Below are positions 11,082 through 21,102 of a stretch of DNA of 64,000 nt, one piece after another; positions within the stretch are counted from its first letter, which is position 1, and every line of letters begins with the position of its first letter. The position numbers were made by a program, and so were the translations under genes. The notes under the pieces were generated by a model, which was not told the origin of the DNA, made no database searches, and worked only from the letters and a program-made list of their open reading frames with translations. The DNA comes from an uncultured Candidatus Rokubacteria bacterium (GTDB taxonomy: Bacteria; Methylomirabilota; Methylomirabilia; Rokubacteriales; DASRDR01), in assembly GCA_963805625.1 (NCBI GenBank), contig CAWDVE010000010.1, positions 1,312,001 to 1,376,000 on the forward strand, written 5' to 3'.

Positions 11082-12419
11082 ATGGCCGGGATGATCGACA
11101 GCGCGTTCTTCGGGGATCTCTACTCGACCGCCGAGATGCGGGAGGTATGGAGCGACCGCGCGATGATCCAGCGCTGGCTCGACGTCGAGTCCGCGCTCGC
11201 TCGCGCCGAGGCTCGCCTGGGGATCGTCCCCGCCGCGGCGGCCGACGAGATCACCCGGAAGGCCCGTGTCGAGCAGCTCGACTTCGGGGAGATGAAACGG
11301 GAGCTCGAGGAGGCCCGCCATCCGATCATGCCCTTGATCCGCTGCCTCGCGCGCGCCTGCGAGCCGGAGGCGGCCGAATTCATCCACTGGGGCGCGACCA
11401 CCCAGGACATCCTCGACACGGGGCTCATCCTCCAGCTCCGATCGAGTCACGCCATCGTGCTGCGCGACCTCGGCGAGGTTCGCCGCCTGCTCGCGGCCCT
11501 GGCGCGCCGCCACCGGGACACCGTCCAAGCGGGCCGGACCCACGGGCAGCAGGCGCTGCCGATCACCTTCGGCTACAAGCTCGCCGTGTGGGTCGCGGAG
11601 ATCGACCGGCACCTCGAGCGGCTCGCCCAACTCGCGCCCCGGGTCTTCCGGGGTCAGCTCGCGGGTGCCGTGGGGACCCTCGCGTCGATCGGCGAGAAGG
11701 GCCTCGAGCTCCAGGCGCTCTTCTGCGCGGATCTTGGCCTGGCCGTCCCGGAGATCGCCTGGCACACCGCCCGGGACGGCGTGGCGGAGGCCGTCTGCGC
11801 CTACGCGCTCGTGAGTGGCACCCTTGCCAAGATCGCGAACGAGGTCATCGACCTCCAGAAGACGGAGGTGGCGGAGCTGGAGGAGCCGTTCCACCGGGGC
11901 AAGATCGGGTCCAGCACGATGCCCCACAAGCGCAACCCGTCGGCGTGCGAGCACGTGGTGGCGCTGGGCCGGCTCCTCCACGCCCAGGTCGCGCCCGCCC
12001 TCCAGAGCATGGTCTCGGCAAACGAGCGGGACAAGCGGGCGGGTGTGACCGAGCAGGCGGTTCTGCCCGAGGTCTCGTGTCTCGTCGCCGGGATGCTCCG
12101 CGGGACCCGGGGAATCCTCTCCGGCCTCCACGTGTACCCGGAGCGGATGCAGGAGAACCTCGGACTCCTGGACGGGCTCCTCCTGAGCGAGGCCGTGATG
12201 CTGGCGCTGGCACGGCACATCGGCCGCCAGCGGGCCCACGAGGTCGTCTACGAGCTGAGCATGGATGCCGTCGAGGGGCGGCGGCCCCTCAGGCAACTGC
12301 TCCTCGAGGATCCGCGGGTCAAGCCCTACCTCGGCCCGGCCGAGCTCGACAGCCTGCTCGACCCGGCCCGCTACACGGGGCTCGCCGCCCGCTTCGTCGA
12401 TCGCGTGGCTTCCCCGTAG
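11082..12419 (+). CDS. Adenylosuccinate lyase / 3-carboxy-cis,cis-muconate cycloisomerase family lyase
   Basis: HWGATTQDI, GRTHGQQA, signature GSSTMPHKRNP; SD AGGAGG. Confidence 0.9.
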   Translation: MAGMIDSAFFGDLYSTAEMREVWSDRAMIQRWLDVESALARAEARLGIVPAAAADEITRKARVEQLDFGEMKRELEEARHPIMPLIRCLARACEPEAAEFIHWGATTQDILDTGLILQLRSSHAIVLRDLGEVRRLLAALARRHRDTVQAGRTHGQQALPITFGYKLAVWVAEIDRHLERLAQLAPRVFRGQLAGAVGTLASIGEKGLELQALFCADLGLAVPEIAWHTARDGVAEAVCAYALVSGTLAKIANEVIDLQKTEVAELEEPFHRGKIGSSTMPHKRNPSACEHVVALGRLLHAQVAPALQSMVSANERDKRAGVTEQAVLPEVSCLVAGMLRGTRGILSGLHVYPERMQENLGLLDGLLLSEAVMLALARHIGRQRAHEVVYELSMDAVEGRRPLRQLLLEDPRVKPYLGPAELDSLLDPARYTGLAARFVDRVASP

Positions 12420-12431
12420 CCCCGGCGGCTC

Positions 12432-13124
12432 TCACACCATCTCCGCGATCAGGCGTGCCGCCGCATCGACGTCCCGCGCTTTCGGGCAGTCGTCGACCGC
12501 CCAGGCTCCGAAGGGATCGAGGAGGATGGCGCGAGCCCCAGCCACGCGCGCGCCCGCGACGTCGACCGAGTACAGGTCCCCCACGTGGACGGCCTCTGCC
12601 GGCTCAACGCCGAGGGCCGCCGCCGCGTGGTGGAAGATCCGAGGATCGGGCTTCTCAAAGCCGACGACGCCCGAGTCGACGACGGCATCGAGCCAGCCCG
12701 CGAGACCGAGCGCTTGGAGAAGCCGGGCCACCGTACCGTTGGAGTTCGAGACGACGGCGAGTCGGAGGCCAAGCCGGCGGAGCGTCTCCAGGGCGCGCGG
12801 GGCCTCGGGCAGACACACCGACCACAGCCCGAAGGGCGGGTTGACGACGCGAAGATCCTGGACGAGGCGCTCGCTCCCCTCGCTCCAGGCGAGCCCGAGC
12901 TCCTCGAGCACGTACCGGACGTAGCAGGTGAACACGTCCGCGGTCTCCGTCGACCGGCGGGCGGCGAGGAGGGGATCGAGTCGGACGCGCGCCCGGGCCT
13001 CCGCGGCGCGCACCGCGGGCACATCCACCGAGTAGGATTCGGCCCCGATCCGCCGCGCGATCGTGTCGTAGTCGAGGCCGACGAGCGTGTTGCCCGCGTC
13101 GAGAAAGACGGCGCGAAGCGCCAA
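12432..13124 (-). CDS. HAD-IA family hydrolase
   Basis: FLDAGNTL, VVSN, EKPDPRIF, HVGDLYSVDVAGA; TTG start just after the upstream stop. Confidence 0.88.
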   Translation of the reverse strand: MALRAVFLDAGNTLVGLDYDTIARRIGAESYSVDVPAVRAAEARARVRLDPLLAARRSTETADVFTCYVRYVLEELGLAWSEGSERLVQDLRVVNPPFGLWSVCLPEAPRALETLRRLGLRLAVVSNSNGTVARLLQALGLAGWLDAVVDSGVVGFEKPDPRIFHHAAAALGVEPAEAVHVGDLYSVDVAGARVAGARAILLDPFGAWAVDDCPKARDVDAAARLIAEMV

Positions 13125-13126
13125 GG

Positions 13127-13750
13127 CTACTTCTTCACCCACTCTCCCCGGTCGGTCTGGATCCACTGCCCGCCATGGGTCCGCTCCCGGTAGGCCTTGG
13201 CGAACGACGCCTTCACCCGTGCCACATCCGTCGCCGCAATGCGGTTCTGCCGCATGAAGGTCTCGATGATGGCCTGCCGGTCCCGGTTCTCCTCTCCAAT
13301 GAGCCTGGCGACCTCGCCGGTGCAGCCTTGGCCGGGGCGGGGCTCCACGAACCCCTGGTTGTTCTCGCCGACGCAGCCACGCGCCAGCCCCTGCTGGAGC
13401 GCGCCCAGCCGCCGGTTCTGCGACTCCGTCAGCTGGCGCAGCTCTTCGCTGTCCGTCTTGGGCGCCTGGGCGATATCGACGCTGGACCCCTGCGCGCTCG
13501 CGTCGCGGGGACCCAGCGGGGCAAGCCACCGGTCGAGGCTCGACCCGGGCTTGGGCGTCGCGCTCGGCGCCGGCGCGGGTGGCGGCGGCGCGCCCTCCGG
13601 ACGGCGACTCATGTCCACGATCTGGCTCGCCGCGTCGTCCAGCTTTTGCTGGGGGAACGTGACGTTCACGGTCACCGGGACGCAGGCGGCGAGCGCCGCC
13701 GCGAGCACGAGAACGCTGACGCGACGACCGACAAGGGCCCTCTTCATCAT
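13127..13750 (-). CDS. YdbL/DUF1318-family lipoprotein (paralogue 2)
   Basis: Lipobox LAAC, GCVGENNQG, EENRDR..I, GQWIQ...GEW. Confidence 0.8.
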   Translation of the reverse strand: MMKRALVGRRVSVLVLAAALAACVPVTVNVTFPQQKLDDAASQIVDMSRRPEGAPPPPAPAPSATPKPGSSLDRWLAPLGPRDASAQGSSVDIAQAPKTDSEELRQLTESQNRRLGALQQGLARGCVGENNQGFVEPRPGQGCTGEVARLIGEENRDRQAIIETFMRQNRIAATDVARVKASFAKAYRERTHGGQWIQTDRGEWVKK

Positions 13751-13787
13751 GCCGTCTCCCTACCGGCCGCCACGAGTCGACCCCAGC

Positions 13788-14351
13788 TCATGTCTTTCTG
13801 ACCCACCGGCCGTTCTCGAGCTGGATCCAGTCATTGGGGCGCGAGCGCTCCTGGCGGGCCTTGGCAAAGGCGCTCTGGACGCGAACCGTGTCGCTCGCCG
13901 GAATGTTGTTCTCCTTCATGAACGCGCCGTAAATCACCTGCCGGTCTGCGTTCTCGGCTCGGATCAGGTCCGAGACCTCCGGACCACACCCCTCGCCCGG
14001 CCGTGTCACCAGCAGTCCCTGGTTCGTCTCGCCGATGCAGCCCCGACTCTTCCATTCGCGAAGACTGGAGCGGCGATCACGGCGGGACTCGGTCGCCTTC
14101 ACGACCTCGGGCGACCGTTCGTTGAGTCTGGGCGTCGACGCCACGTCGACACTACGTCCTCCGCTCGGGGTCGGAGCCGGCGTCGCGGGCGGGGCGGACG
14201 CACTCGGAACCGGCATTTCTTCTATATGCCTCGCGGCGCTGTCGAGCTTCTCCTGGGGGAACGTGACGTTCACGGTCACGGGAACGCAAGCCGCAAGGGC
14301 GATTGCCAGCGTCGCGAGCACCACCGGGTGAGAACCTCGCCGCCAGTTCAT
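13788..14351 (-). CDS. YdbL/DUF1318-family lipoprotein (paralogue 1)
   Basis: Lipobox LAAC, GCIGETNQG, ENADRQVIY, DWIQ...GRW; start taken at MNWRR after GGGAG. Confidence 0.8.
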   Translation of the reverse strand: MNWRRGSHPVVLATLAIALAACVPVTVNVTFPQEKLDSAARHIEEMPVPSASAPPATPAPTPSGGRSVDVASTPRLNERSPEVVKATESRRDRRSSLREWKSRGCIGETNQGLLVTRPGEGCGPEVSDLIRAENADRQVIYGAFMKENNIPASDTVRVQSAFAKARQERSRPNDWIQLENGRWVRKT

Positions 14352-14389
14352 CGCCCGCTCCCTTCCCGAGTCATTTCGCTCCGGCGATC

Positions 14390-16981
14390 TCATAGACCGG
14401 GGAACTGCTTCGCCAGGAACCCGATTGGCATGCTGATCACGTTGATTTCCTTCACACGCGGCGGGAAGATCCCCAAGATCTCCCGGCCCTTGAGGCTCAG
14501 GGTCACCTTCACGTCTTCGTTCTGCTCAGTGCGGACCACCACATCGGCCGCCTTGTAGTCGAAAGACCGGAGGTTGCCGAGGGCGGTTCTCACGACCCCG
14601 GTCGGGTCGGCCTCCGCCCACGAGAGAAGGCGGTCGAGAAGCTCGATCGTCACCGTGCCCCCTTCCGGCACCCCGAACCGGCCGTCCGCGCCAAGGCGGC
14701 CGCCCCCGTAACGCATATCCAGATCGTACCGCAGGAGTCCCGTCATGGTCCCGCCACGGATCCCGTACGCCGCCATGAACTCGTCAATGCGCACTCGCTC
14801 GCCCGTGATCCGAGCACGCGCGGTCGGCCCGGCGGCGGCGAGCTCGAGCTCGATCGTTCCTCGACCCTCCCCGGAGTAGAGGCCGTAGTGGAGATCGGTC
14901 AACGTCAGCCGCTGGTCGATAGCCCGGGCGCGCGCCGTGACATCGTACAGGACGGCGCCGTAGCCCACGAACTCGCCCACCTTGAGCGGTCCATCCGCCG
15001 AGGCGCCGGCCGGAGCGACCACGCCACCCCGGCGCACCGGCACTTCGGCCGAGACATCGCGGAGGCTCAGCCGCCCCCCGAGAAGCTCCGCCTTGGCGAC
15101 CTGGAGACCCAGGCGCCCTTCATATGTGCCGAACCCCATGTCCGGCGACTCGAGCTCGACCGTCGCCGACCCGGTGACCTCCCGTGAGACCGACGGCCAG
15201 AGCGGCGCGAGACGCTCGAGGGCTGGCACCCGCGCCGTCAGCCTGATCGGCCCGGTGGAGCCGGGCGCTCGACGTCCGAGGTCCGCCTGGAACATCTCCC
15301 GGCCTTCGGCGTCGCGGGCCACCATCGTGGCCCGCCCGAGGCGCGCGCCGGCCCCGTTGCGCCCCACGTCGGCGGAGCCCGCGACGCGATGGAGCAGCCC
15401 CTCGAAGGAGGGTAACGCTCCGCGAACACGCTCGGCCTCGTACCCGATGGTCGCGCTTCCGGACCGGACGGTCGCCTGGACGCGCGCGCGGTCGACCGCA
15501 GCCTCGCCCGCGGGCTGCCGGAGCGCGACGCCCCGGATCTCCGCGTCAACCTTCCCGTCGGTCCAGCCACGCGGATCGAGTCCCGTCACCACGACACGGA
15601 GGCTCCCAGCCCGCAGCTGATCCGACGGGCCGAGCCAATCTCCACCAAAGTGGCGAGCCAGCGCGTCGAGACGCACCGCGCTCGTCTCGACCCGAGCGTC
15701 GGCCCGCGCCCGCAGGACGTCGTACGCCACCGCACCCCGAAGCGGCACTCCGTGAACCTGCGCCGTCAGGCCGGTCAGCTCCACCCGCGAGAGACTCCCA
15801 GTCGTGTCGAGGTCGACCCCGAACGGGGTCGCCACTGGTGCAAACACGAGTCCCGCGACCTCGACCCTCTCGCCACGAAGGTCGCCGCGCGCGCTCACGC
15901 CCTCCTCGCGGGGCCCGAGCGCGAGTCGCGCCTCGACACCACGGGCAAGCACGTCCAGGCCGACAGCGGAGGCCGGCACGGACGCGTCCAGGACGTGGAG
16001 CGTAGCGCGCGCCTCGGGCCACCCGCCGCGCTCGGGCGCCCAGGTGACCTCCCCGTCGGCGAGCTCCGCGTGGCCCTTCACCGGCCCCCCGAGGCCGGCC
16101 ATCGACCCGGCGAGCCCCAGGTCAGCGGTACCCCGGAGCTCGCCGAGGCGAAGCCACCCGTCCTGGAACGAGAGGGCGCCCTCCAGCGCCGCGAGATCGC
16201 CGAGGCGCGCGCTGGCGCGTCCCGCGACGCGGTCTCCCGGGGAGAGGCCCAGCTGGGCGCGCAAGTCGACCGGCGTCGTCCGGGCGGCGGCCGCAAGCGC
16301 CGCGGGAAGCCACGGCGCCAGGGGTGCGAGCCCGCCCTCACCCGCCAGGTCGAGGCGGATCGTGTCTCCATCGGCCCGCGCGTAGAGCCCGAGGGTGAAG
16401 CGAGACCGTGCCCGGTCCCGCAGCAGCACCTCCCCACGCACCTCGCCGCTCCTCTTGTGGAGGGTCGCATCGAACGTCACGTCCTCCGAAGACGAGCCCG
16501 GCGCCTGGATCACACCCCCGGTGATCGCAACGTCGACGAGCGGGGCGCTCCCGATGAAGCTCGCCAAACCTTGATGGAGCCCTTCGAGTGCCGCAGCTCC
16601 CGTCGCACCCCCGCCTCCGGCGACGATCTTCGGTCGGACCACCAAGAGCCGGACCGGCGCGGCTTCCCCGCGTGCCGCGGAAAGAAGCGGGCCCGAGGCC
16701 TCGACCGACTCGGCCGTCACCTCAGCCGGCCAGCCGCGCTCCGCCGGCAGCCGAAGGCCTCGGAGAACGACCCGCGAGGGACCGAGGTCGGTGACTCGAT
16801 CGATCTCCACTCCTCGCGCGAGGGCCTGGGTGAGGGTCGCGGCGAGGATCCGGGCGGAGCGGCTCTGGTCGGCGAGGACCAGGTACCCGACAATGGCCAC
16901 GGCGGCAACCGTCAGGAAAACGCCCGCCGCGAAGGCCGCCAGGACGCGACGGCGCCGCACCCAGTCCCGCAACGTGCCCAT
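14390..16981 (-). CDS. YdbH/AsmA-like intermembrane bridge protein
   Basis: N-terminal TM anchor, long Gly-rich beta-repeat body, C-terminal AL.NL..FDY...L.L.G; directly upstream of the YdbL-type genes. Confidence 0.65.
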   Translation of the reverse strand: MGTLRDWVRRRRVLAAFAAGVFLTVAAVAIVGYLVLADQSRSARILAATLTQALARGVEIDRVTDLGPSRVVLRGLRLPAERGWPAEVTAESVEASGPLLSAARGEAAPVRLLVVRPKIVAGGGGATGAAALEGLHQGLASFIGSAPLVDVAITGGVIQAPGSSSEDVTFDATLHKRSGEVRGEVLLRDRARSRFTLGLYARADGDTIRLDLAGEGGLAPLAPWLPAALAAAARTTPVDLRAQLGLSPGDRVAGRASARLGDLAALEGALSFQDGWLRLGELRGTADLGLAGSMAGLGGPVKGHAELADGEVTWAPERGGWPEARATLHVLDASVPASAVGLDVLARGVEARLALGPREEGVSARGDLRGERVEVAGLVFAPVATPFGVDLDTTGSLSRVELTGLTAQVHGVPLRGAVAYDVLRARADARVETSAVRLDALARHFGGDWLGPSDQLRAGSLRVVVTGLDPRGWTDGKVDAEIRGVALRQPAGEAAVDRARVQATVRSGSATIGYEAERVRGALPSFEGLLHRVAGSADVGRNGAGARLGRATMVARDAEGREMFQADLGRRAPGSTGPIRLTARVPALERLAPLWPSVSREVTGSATVELESPDMGFGTYEGRLGLQVAKAELLGGRLSLRDVSAEVPVRRGGVVAPAGASADGPLKVGEFVGYGAVLYDVTARARAIDQRLTLTDLHYGLYSGEGRGTIELELAAAGPTARARITGERVRIDEFMAAYGIRGGTMTGLLRYDLDMRYGGGRLGADGRFGVPEGGTVTIELLDRLLSWAEADPTGVVRTALGNLRSFDYKAADVVVRTEQNEDVKVTLSLKGREILGIFPPRVKEINVISMPIGFLAKQFPGL

Positions 16982-17071
16982 GGCAGTCAGACGGCCGGCG
17001 CCGCCTCCGTCATCAGTCGGTCAGGCGCCTGGGAGGGCAGCCCGTGGGCTCGCGGCCCGCGCGCTCGCCGG

Positions 17072-18241
17072 TCAATAGGACTTGGGGAGGCCAAGGACCC
17101 GCTCGGCCAGATAGTTGAGCGCCATTTGCTGGGAGACCGGCGCGATCTTGTAGAGCCGTACCTCCCGCCACAGGCGCTCGACGTCGAACTCCTTCGCGTA
17201 CCCGAAGCCGCCAAATGTCTGGAGCGCGGCATCCGCCGCCTCGAAGCCGGCCTCCGCCGCGAGAACCTTGGCGGCGTTCGCCTCGGCCCCGCATGCCTCA
17301 CCGCGATCGAAGAGCCACGCGGCGCGGAGCGTCAGCTGCCAGGCGCCCTCGAGGCGCGCCCATGCGAGGGCCAGCGGGTGCGCGATGGCCTGGTTCTGAC
17401 CGATGGGCCGCCCAAACACCACGCGCTCGCGGGCGTACGCGGCGGCGCGCTCGAGCGCCACCCGCCCGATCCCGATCGCTTCTCCGGCCACGAGGACGCG
17501 CTCGGGGTTGAGCGAGTCGAGCAGGTGATGGAAGCCGCGTCCCACCTCACCCACCACGTCCTCATCCGCCACCCGGAGCCCATCGATGATGAGCTCGTTG
17601 GAGTCAACGGCCGCCCGGCCGAGCTTCTCGATCTCGCGAATCTCCACGGTCTGAGGGTCCAGGTCGGCGACGAAGAGCGTGAGGCCGTCGAGCTTCCGCG
17701 GGCCGGTCAGCTCGTACGGTGTCGTTCGCGCGAGCAAGAGCATCTTCTCGGAATGGCGCGCGTTGGAGGTCCAGACCTTCCGGCCCTTCACGACCCAGCC
17801 GGTTCCGTCATGGCGGGCCATGGTCTCGATGCGGCTCGTGTCCGTCCCCGCGTTAGGTTCCGTGACGCCGAACGCCAGGCTGAGCCGCCCGGCCGCGATC
17901 TCCGGCAGGATACGCCGCCTGAGGCCTTCGCTTCCGTGACGGATGATGGGCATAGGCGGGAACACCGCGAAGTGGACCGGAGACGCGCCCGACAGGCCCG
18001 CGCCGGAGGCGCAGATCGCCTCAAGCATCAGCAGGGCCTCGGTTACCCCCAGGCCCGCGCCCCCGTATGCCTCTGGGATGGCCAGGCCCAGCCACCCCGC
18101 GTCGGCGAAGGCCCGCACGAACTCGATGGGGTACTCCGCCTTCCGGTCCTTCTCCCGCCAGTAGTCCCAGCCGAACCCCCGGGCAAGCGCGGCGACCTGC
18201 CGGTGAATCTCAGCCTGAGACTCGGAAAGGGCGAAGTCCAT
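17072..18241 (-). CDS. Acyl-CoA dehydrogenase
   Basis: MDFALS start, VTEPNAGTD, GRKVWTS, R.VFGRPIGQNQAI, GGFGYA.E..VERLWRE. Confidence 0.93.
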   Translation of the reverse strand: MDFALSESQAEIHRQVAALARGFGWDYWREKDRKAEYPIEFVRAFADAGWLGLAIPEAYGGAGLGVTEALLMLEAICASGAGLSGASPVHFAVFPPMPIIRHGSEGLRRRILPEIAAGRLSLAFGVTEPNAGTDTSRIETMARHDGTGWVVKGRKVWTSNARHSEKMLLLARTTPYELTGPRKLDGLTLFVADLDPQTVEIREIEKLGRAAVDSNELIIDGLRVADEDVVGEVGRGFHHLLDSLNPERVLVAGEAIGIGRVALERAAAYARERVVFGRPIGQNQAIAHPLALAWARLEGAWQLTLRAAWLFDRGEACGAEANAAKVLAAEAGFEAADAALQTFGGFGYAKEFDVERLWREVRLYKIAPVSQQMALNYLAERVLGLPKSY

Positions 18242-18397
18242 GAAGGGTTCCTGAAACCAGTATAGCCGGGCGGCGTCGGGCGGCGCGCGAGAGACGGCTC
18301 TGCGGGGCCGATAGAGCCTTCTCACCGAGCGCCCGGACGAGTCGTCGCGGGATCTACCGCCTTCAGTAGCGCCGGGCCGGCGAAAGCGGCGCGGCTC

Positions 18398-18772
18398 TCA
18401 GGGGCAGGCGCGGGCCGTGGCCGAGAGAGGACCCACCTTCGACACGGCCGACGCCACCGCCTCGACGCAGAGGCTTCCCACGCCGGGCAGCCCGGTGGTG
18501 CGCTCGACCAGCTCCACCGCGTCCGTGCTCTCCGCGCACCGTTCCTCGACCCGATGGGCGATGCCCTTGACGCAGAGGCGATCGACTGGAATCCGCTGCG
18601 TGCCGGCCTGGTCGGACGTGGTGAAGGCACGGAACGTACTCACCTGCTCGCCCGACGCGCCCCGGGTCTCCACGGTGACGTGGAGCCACGCGGTTCCCTG
18701 GGCTCCGGGCATCCCGGTCCACCCTAGGACCAGTACCGCCAGTACCCCCGCCACACACGTCCGCACCATCAT
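18398..18772 (-). CDS. Hypothetical exported protein with four Cys in the mature part
   Basis: Hydrophobic signal-like N-terminus (MMVRTCVAGVLAVLVLG); fits between the kinase and the ACAD on the same strand. Confidence 0.55.
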   Translation of the reverse strand: MMVRTCVAGVLAVLVLGWTGMPGAQGTAWLHVTVETRGASGEQVSTFRAFTTSDQAGTQRIPVDRLCVKGIAHRVEERCAESTDAVELVERTTGLPGVGSLCVEAVASAVSKVGPLSATARACP

Positions 18773-18789
18773 CACGCTCCTCTTGCCGG

Positions 18790-20589
18790 TCACCCGGTGT
18801 CGCTCGGCTCGTGGGCGAGAACGCCGGCCACCAGCCTCGTCATGTCGTCCACGTTGAAGGGCTTGGCCATCAGATAGTCGACCCCGCGCGTGCGCGCCTC
18901 GGTAAAGTCGATCTGGTCTCCCCAGCCTGTAACCAGCGCGATCGCCACGTTCGGCTGAGCTGCACGGAGGCCCTTGGCGACCTCCCAGCCGGAGAGCCCC
19001 GGCATCGACAGGTCGACGAGTGCGAGGTCGAACGCCGGCCCGTCGACGTGCGTCAGCGCCGCCGTGCCGTCCGCACATACCACGACCTCGTGCCCCTGAC
19101 CCTCGAGGACGTCGACCAGCACCTCCCGCACCGCGGCCTCGTCCTCCACCACGAGGATGCGCGCGCTTCGGTCCGCGCGTGGCGCCGGCGGCTCGGGCGG
19201 CGGCGGGAGCACCCCAGCCCCGACCGGCAGGCGCACGGTGAAGCGGCTTCCTTCGCCGGGCTGGCTCCAGACCTCGATCTCCCCGCCGTGGCGCGTCACG
19301 ATGCCGTACGCGATCGACAGGCCGAGACCGGTCCCGTGCTCCGCCTTCGTCGTGAAGAAGGGCTCGAAGCAGCGCTGCCGAACCTCTTCGCTCATGCCGA
19401 CACCGGTGTCCTGGACGATGCACACGACACGATCACCCTCGACCTTCGTCGAGAATGTCAGGGACCCGCCCTGCGGCATCGCGTCGAGCGCATTGAAGAG
19501 CAGGTTCAGGAACGTCTCCCGGAGCTCGGCCGGGTCGCCGGCCACCGGAGGCACCGGGGCGAGGTCGAGCCGCATCGCATACGTCACGGCGCGCGCCTGG
19601 GCCAGGTCGCTCCAGTGCGGCCGGGTCGCTTCAACCACCTCGCGAACCAACTCGGTGACGTCGACGCGCTGCCAGGGACGGGTCCGGCGCATCCGCGCGA
19701 ACTCCTGGATGCGGCGGACCGTCTGGGCGCCGTCCTGGGCGACGTGCTCGATGATCTTGAGCTGCCGGCGTAGATCGGGCGCGTCGATCTGGCGCTGCAG
19801 GAGCTGGGCGCGCCCGAGGACCACGGCGAGGACGTTGTTGAAATCGTGGGCGACACCGCCCGCCATCTCGCCCAGCGCCCGGAGGCGCTCGCTCCGGATG
19901 ATCCGCTGCTGGGACTGCTCAACCGTCACGAGGGCGGCGCGGAGCTCCGCGTAGAGCCGGCTGTTCTCGAGAGCCACTGCACCCTGGGCCGCCAGCGCCA
20001 CCGCGAGGTCCTGGGAGCGCGCGGAGAAGGGGACGGCCCCGCCGGCGATGTCGTCGAGCGACGCGAACCGCCAGCCTCGGTCGGGCTTCCGGTTCATCAG
20101 CTGCAGCACCCCCAGCACCTCGCCCTTCGGGGTCTTCATCGGCACCACGAGCATCGACTTCGTGCGGTAGCTGGTCTCCAGGTCCGGGGCGCGGTCGATC
20201 GTGAACGGCGACCCCGAAGGCGGGGCGTAGGCATCGGCGAGGTTGATGACCTCGCCGCTCAGCGCCGCGTAACCGGGCACGCTCTGGGGGCCGATCGGGA
20301 TGACCTGCTCCTTGACGGCCACCGACACGCTGTCGTTCTGCACGAGCACGGACCGGAGACAGCGCGTGCCGGTCCCATCGGTGTCCACCACGTAGAGGGA
20401 GCCGGCGTCACTCCAGGTGATGTCGCGGGCGGTCGTCAGAATGAGGTCCAGGAGCGCATCGGTGTCCCGCTCCGCGGCAAGCCGGACGCCGATGCCGATC
20501 AGCTCGCGCAGCTCCCGCGTGGCGCGGGCAAGATCGGCCTTCGTCCGCTCGTGGGCGCGTGAGAGCTCTTCGAACCCGGCGCCGCTCAT
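18790..20589 (-). CDS. Cytoplasmic GAF-HisKA-HATPase-REC hybrid histidine kinase
   Basis: GAF (DAGSLY..YRTKSMLVVPM), AHDFNN, NALDAM, DTGVGM, PFFTTK..GTGLGL, receiver VDLSMP..KPF. Confidence 0.93.
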   Translation of the reverse strand: MSGAGFEELSRAHERTKADLARATRELRELIGIGVRLAAERDTDALLDLILTTARDITWSDAGSLYVVDTDGTGTRCLRSVLVQNDSVSVAVKEQVIPIGPQSVPGYAALSGEVINLADAYAPPSGSPFTIDRAPDLETSYRTKSMLVVPMKTPKGEVLGVLQLMNRKPDRGWRFASLDDIAGGAVPFSARSQDLAVALAAQGAVALENSRLYAELRAALVTVEQSQQRIIRSERLRALGEMAGGVAHDFNNVLAVVLGRAQLLQRQIDAPDLRRQLKIIEHVAQDGAQTVRRIQEFARMRRTRPWQRVDVTELVREVVEATRPHWSDLAQARAVTYAMRLDLAPVPPVAGDPAELRETFLNLLFNALDAMPQGGSLTFSTKVEGDRVVCIVQDTGVGMSEEVRQRCFEPFFTTKAEHGTGLGLSIAYGIVTRHGGEIEVWSQPGEGSRFTVRLPVGAGVLPPPPEPPAPRADRSARILVVEDEAAVREVLVDVLEGQGHEVVVCADGTAALTHVDGPAFDLALVDLSMPGLSGWEVAKGLRAAQPNVAIALVTGWGDQIDFTEARTRGVDYLMAKPFNVDDMTRLVAGVLAHEPSDTG

Positions 20590-20657
20590 CCCACTACGGT
20601 AGGGAGCCGGATATTGCCCTGTCAACGGCCCCCCGGGGCCCCAGCCCTTCCCGGTGC

Positions 20658-20808
20658 TCATCGCCAGGCGAGCGCGGTCACCCCGAAGGCCAGAAGAACC
20701 AGTCCCGACAGTCGGTTGACCCAGCAAAGGGCGCCCAGATCCAGGCGCGCGGAGGGCGCTGACGGCCCCGTTCAGCATCAGCCACCAGAGGGCCGAGCCC
20801 AGGAAGTC
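20658..20808 (-). pseudogene. lysE: 3' fragment of a LysE-family translocator (one frameshift near 20747)
   Basis: Reads DFLGSALWWLMLNGAVSALRA, then in a shifted frame LDLGALCWVNRLSGLVLLAFGVTALAWR*; this is a LysE/RhtB C-terminus. Confidence 0.85.
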
Positions 20809-20816
20809 GGTCGACG

Positions 20817-20832
20817 TGGCATGGTTTGTGCT
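20817..20832 (+). promoter_or_regulatory. Sigma54-type -24/-12 promoter
   Basis: TGGCATGGTTTGTGCT = GG-N10-GC; the expected +1 falls on the ATG at 20844. Confidence 0.6.
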
Positions 20833-20843
20833 CCCTCCCGGCC

Positions 20844-21032
20844 ATGAATCCCAAGCGCCAGTCGGTGGCCGAAGCCGACGTATTCCGCGTGCTGACCGAC
20901 CTTCGGAAGGCTGAGCTCGTCCTGGCGACGAACATCGAAAGCACCCCTCCGGATCTCGTTCAGGCGGCGCACCTGGCCGCGATCCGCGCGGCCATCGCCA
21001 AGCTCCACCTGTTCTTCGCCTCGCCCAACTGA
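20844..21032 (+). CDS. Small helical hypothetical protein (62 aa), paralogue A
   Basis: MNPKRQSVAEADVFRV..LRKAE..PD..AIRAAI; aligns with 21240-21443. Confidence 0.7.
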   Translation: MNPKRQSVAEADVFRVLTDLRKAELVLATNIESTPPDLVQAAHLAAIRAAIAKLHLFFASPN

Positions 21033-21075
21033 GCCTCCCCCTCACCGCTCCAGGGCCGTCATCCGCAGTGGGGAA

Positions 21076-21102
21076 GGAGCCCGGGGATCGCCCCGGGGCT
21101 CC
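21076..21102. terminator. GC-rich hairpin downstream of paralogue A
   Basis: GGAGCCCGGGG-atcg-CCCCGGGGCTCC (one bulge); no U-tract. Confidence 0.4.

Noticed and set aside
20590-21045. 152-aa N-terminal extension of the histidine kinase in the ORF track
   Set aside because: It is read-through across the lysE 3' remnant and the insert edge; the kinase most plausibly starts at 20589.
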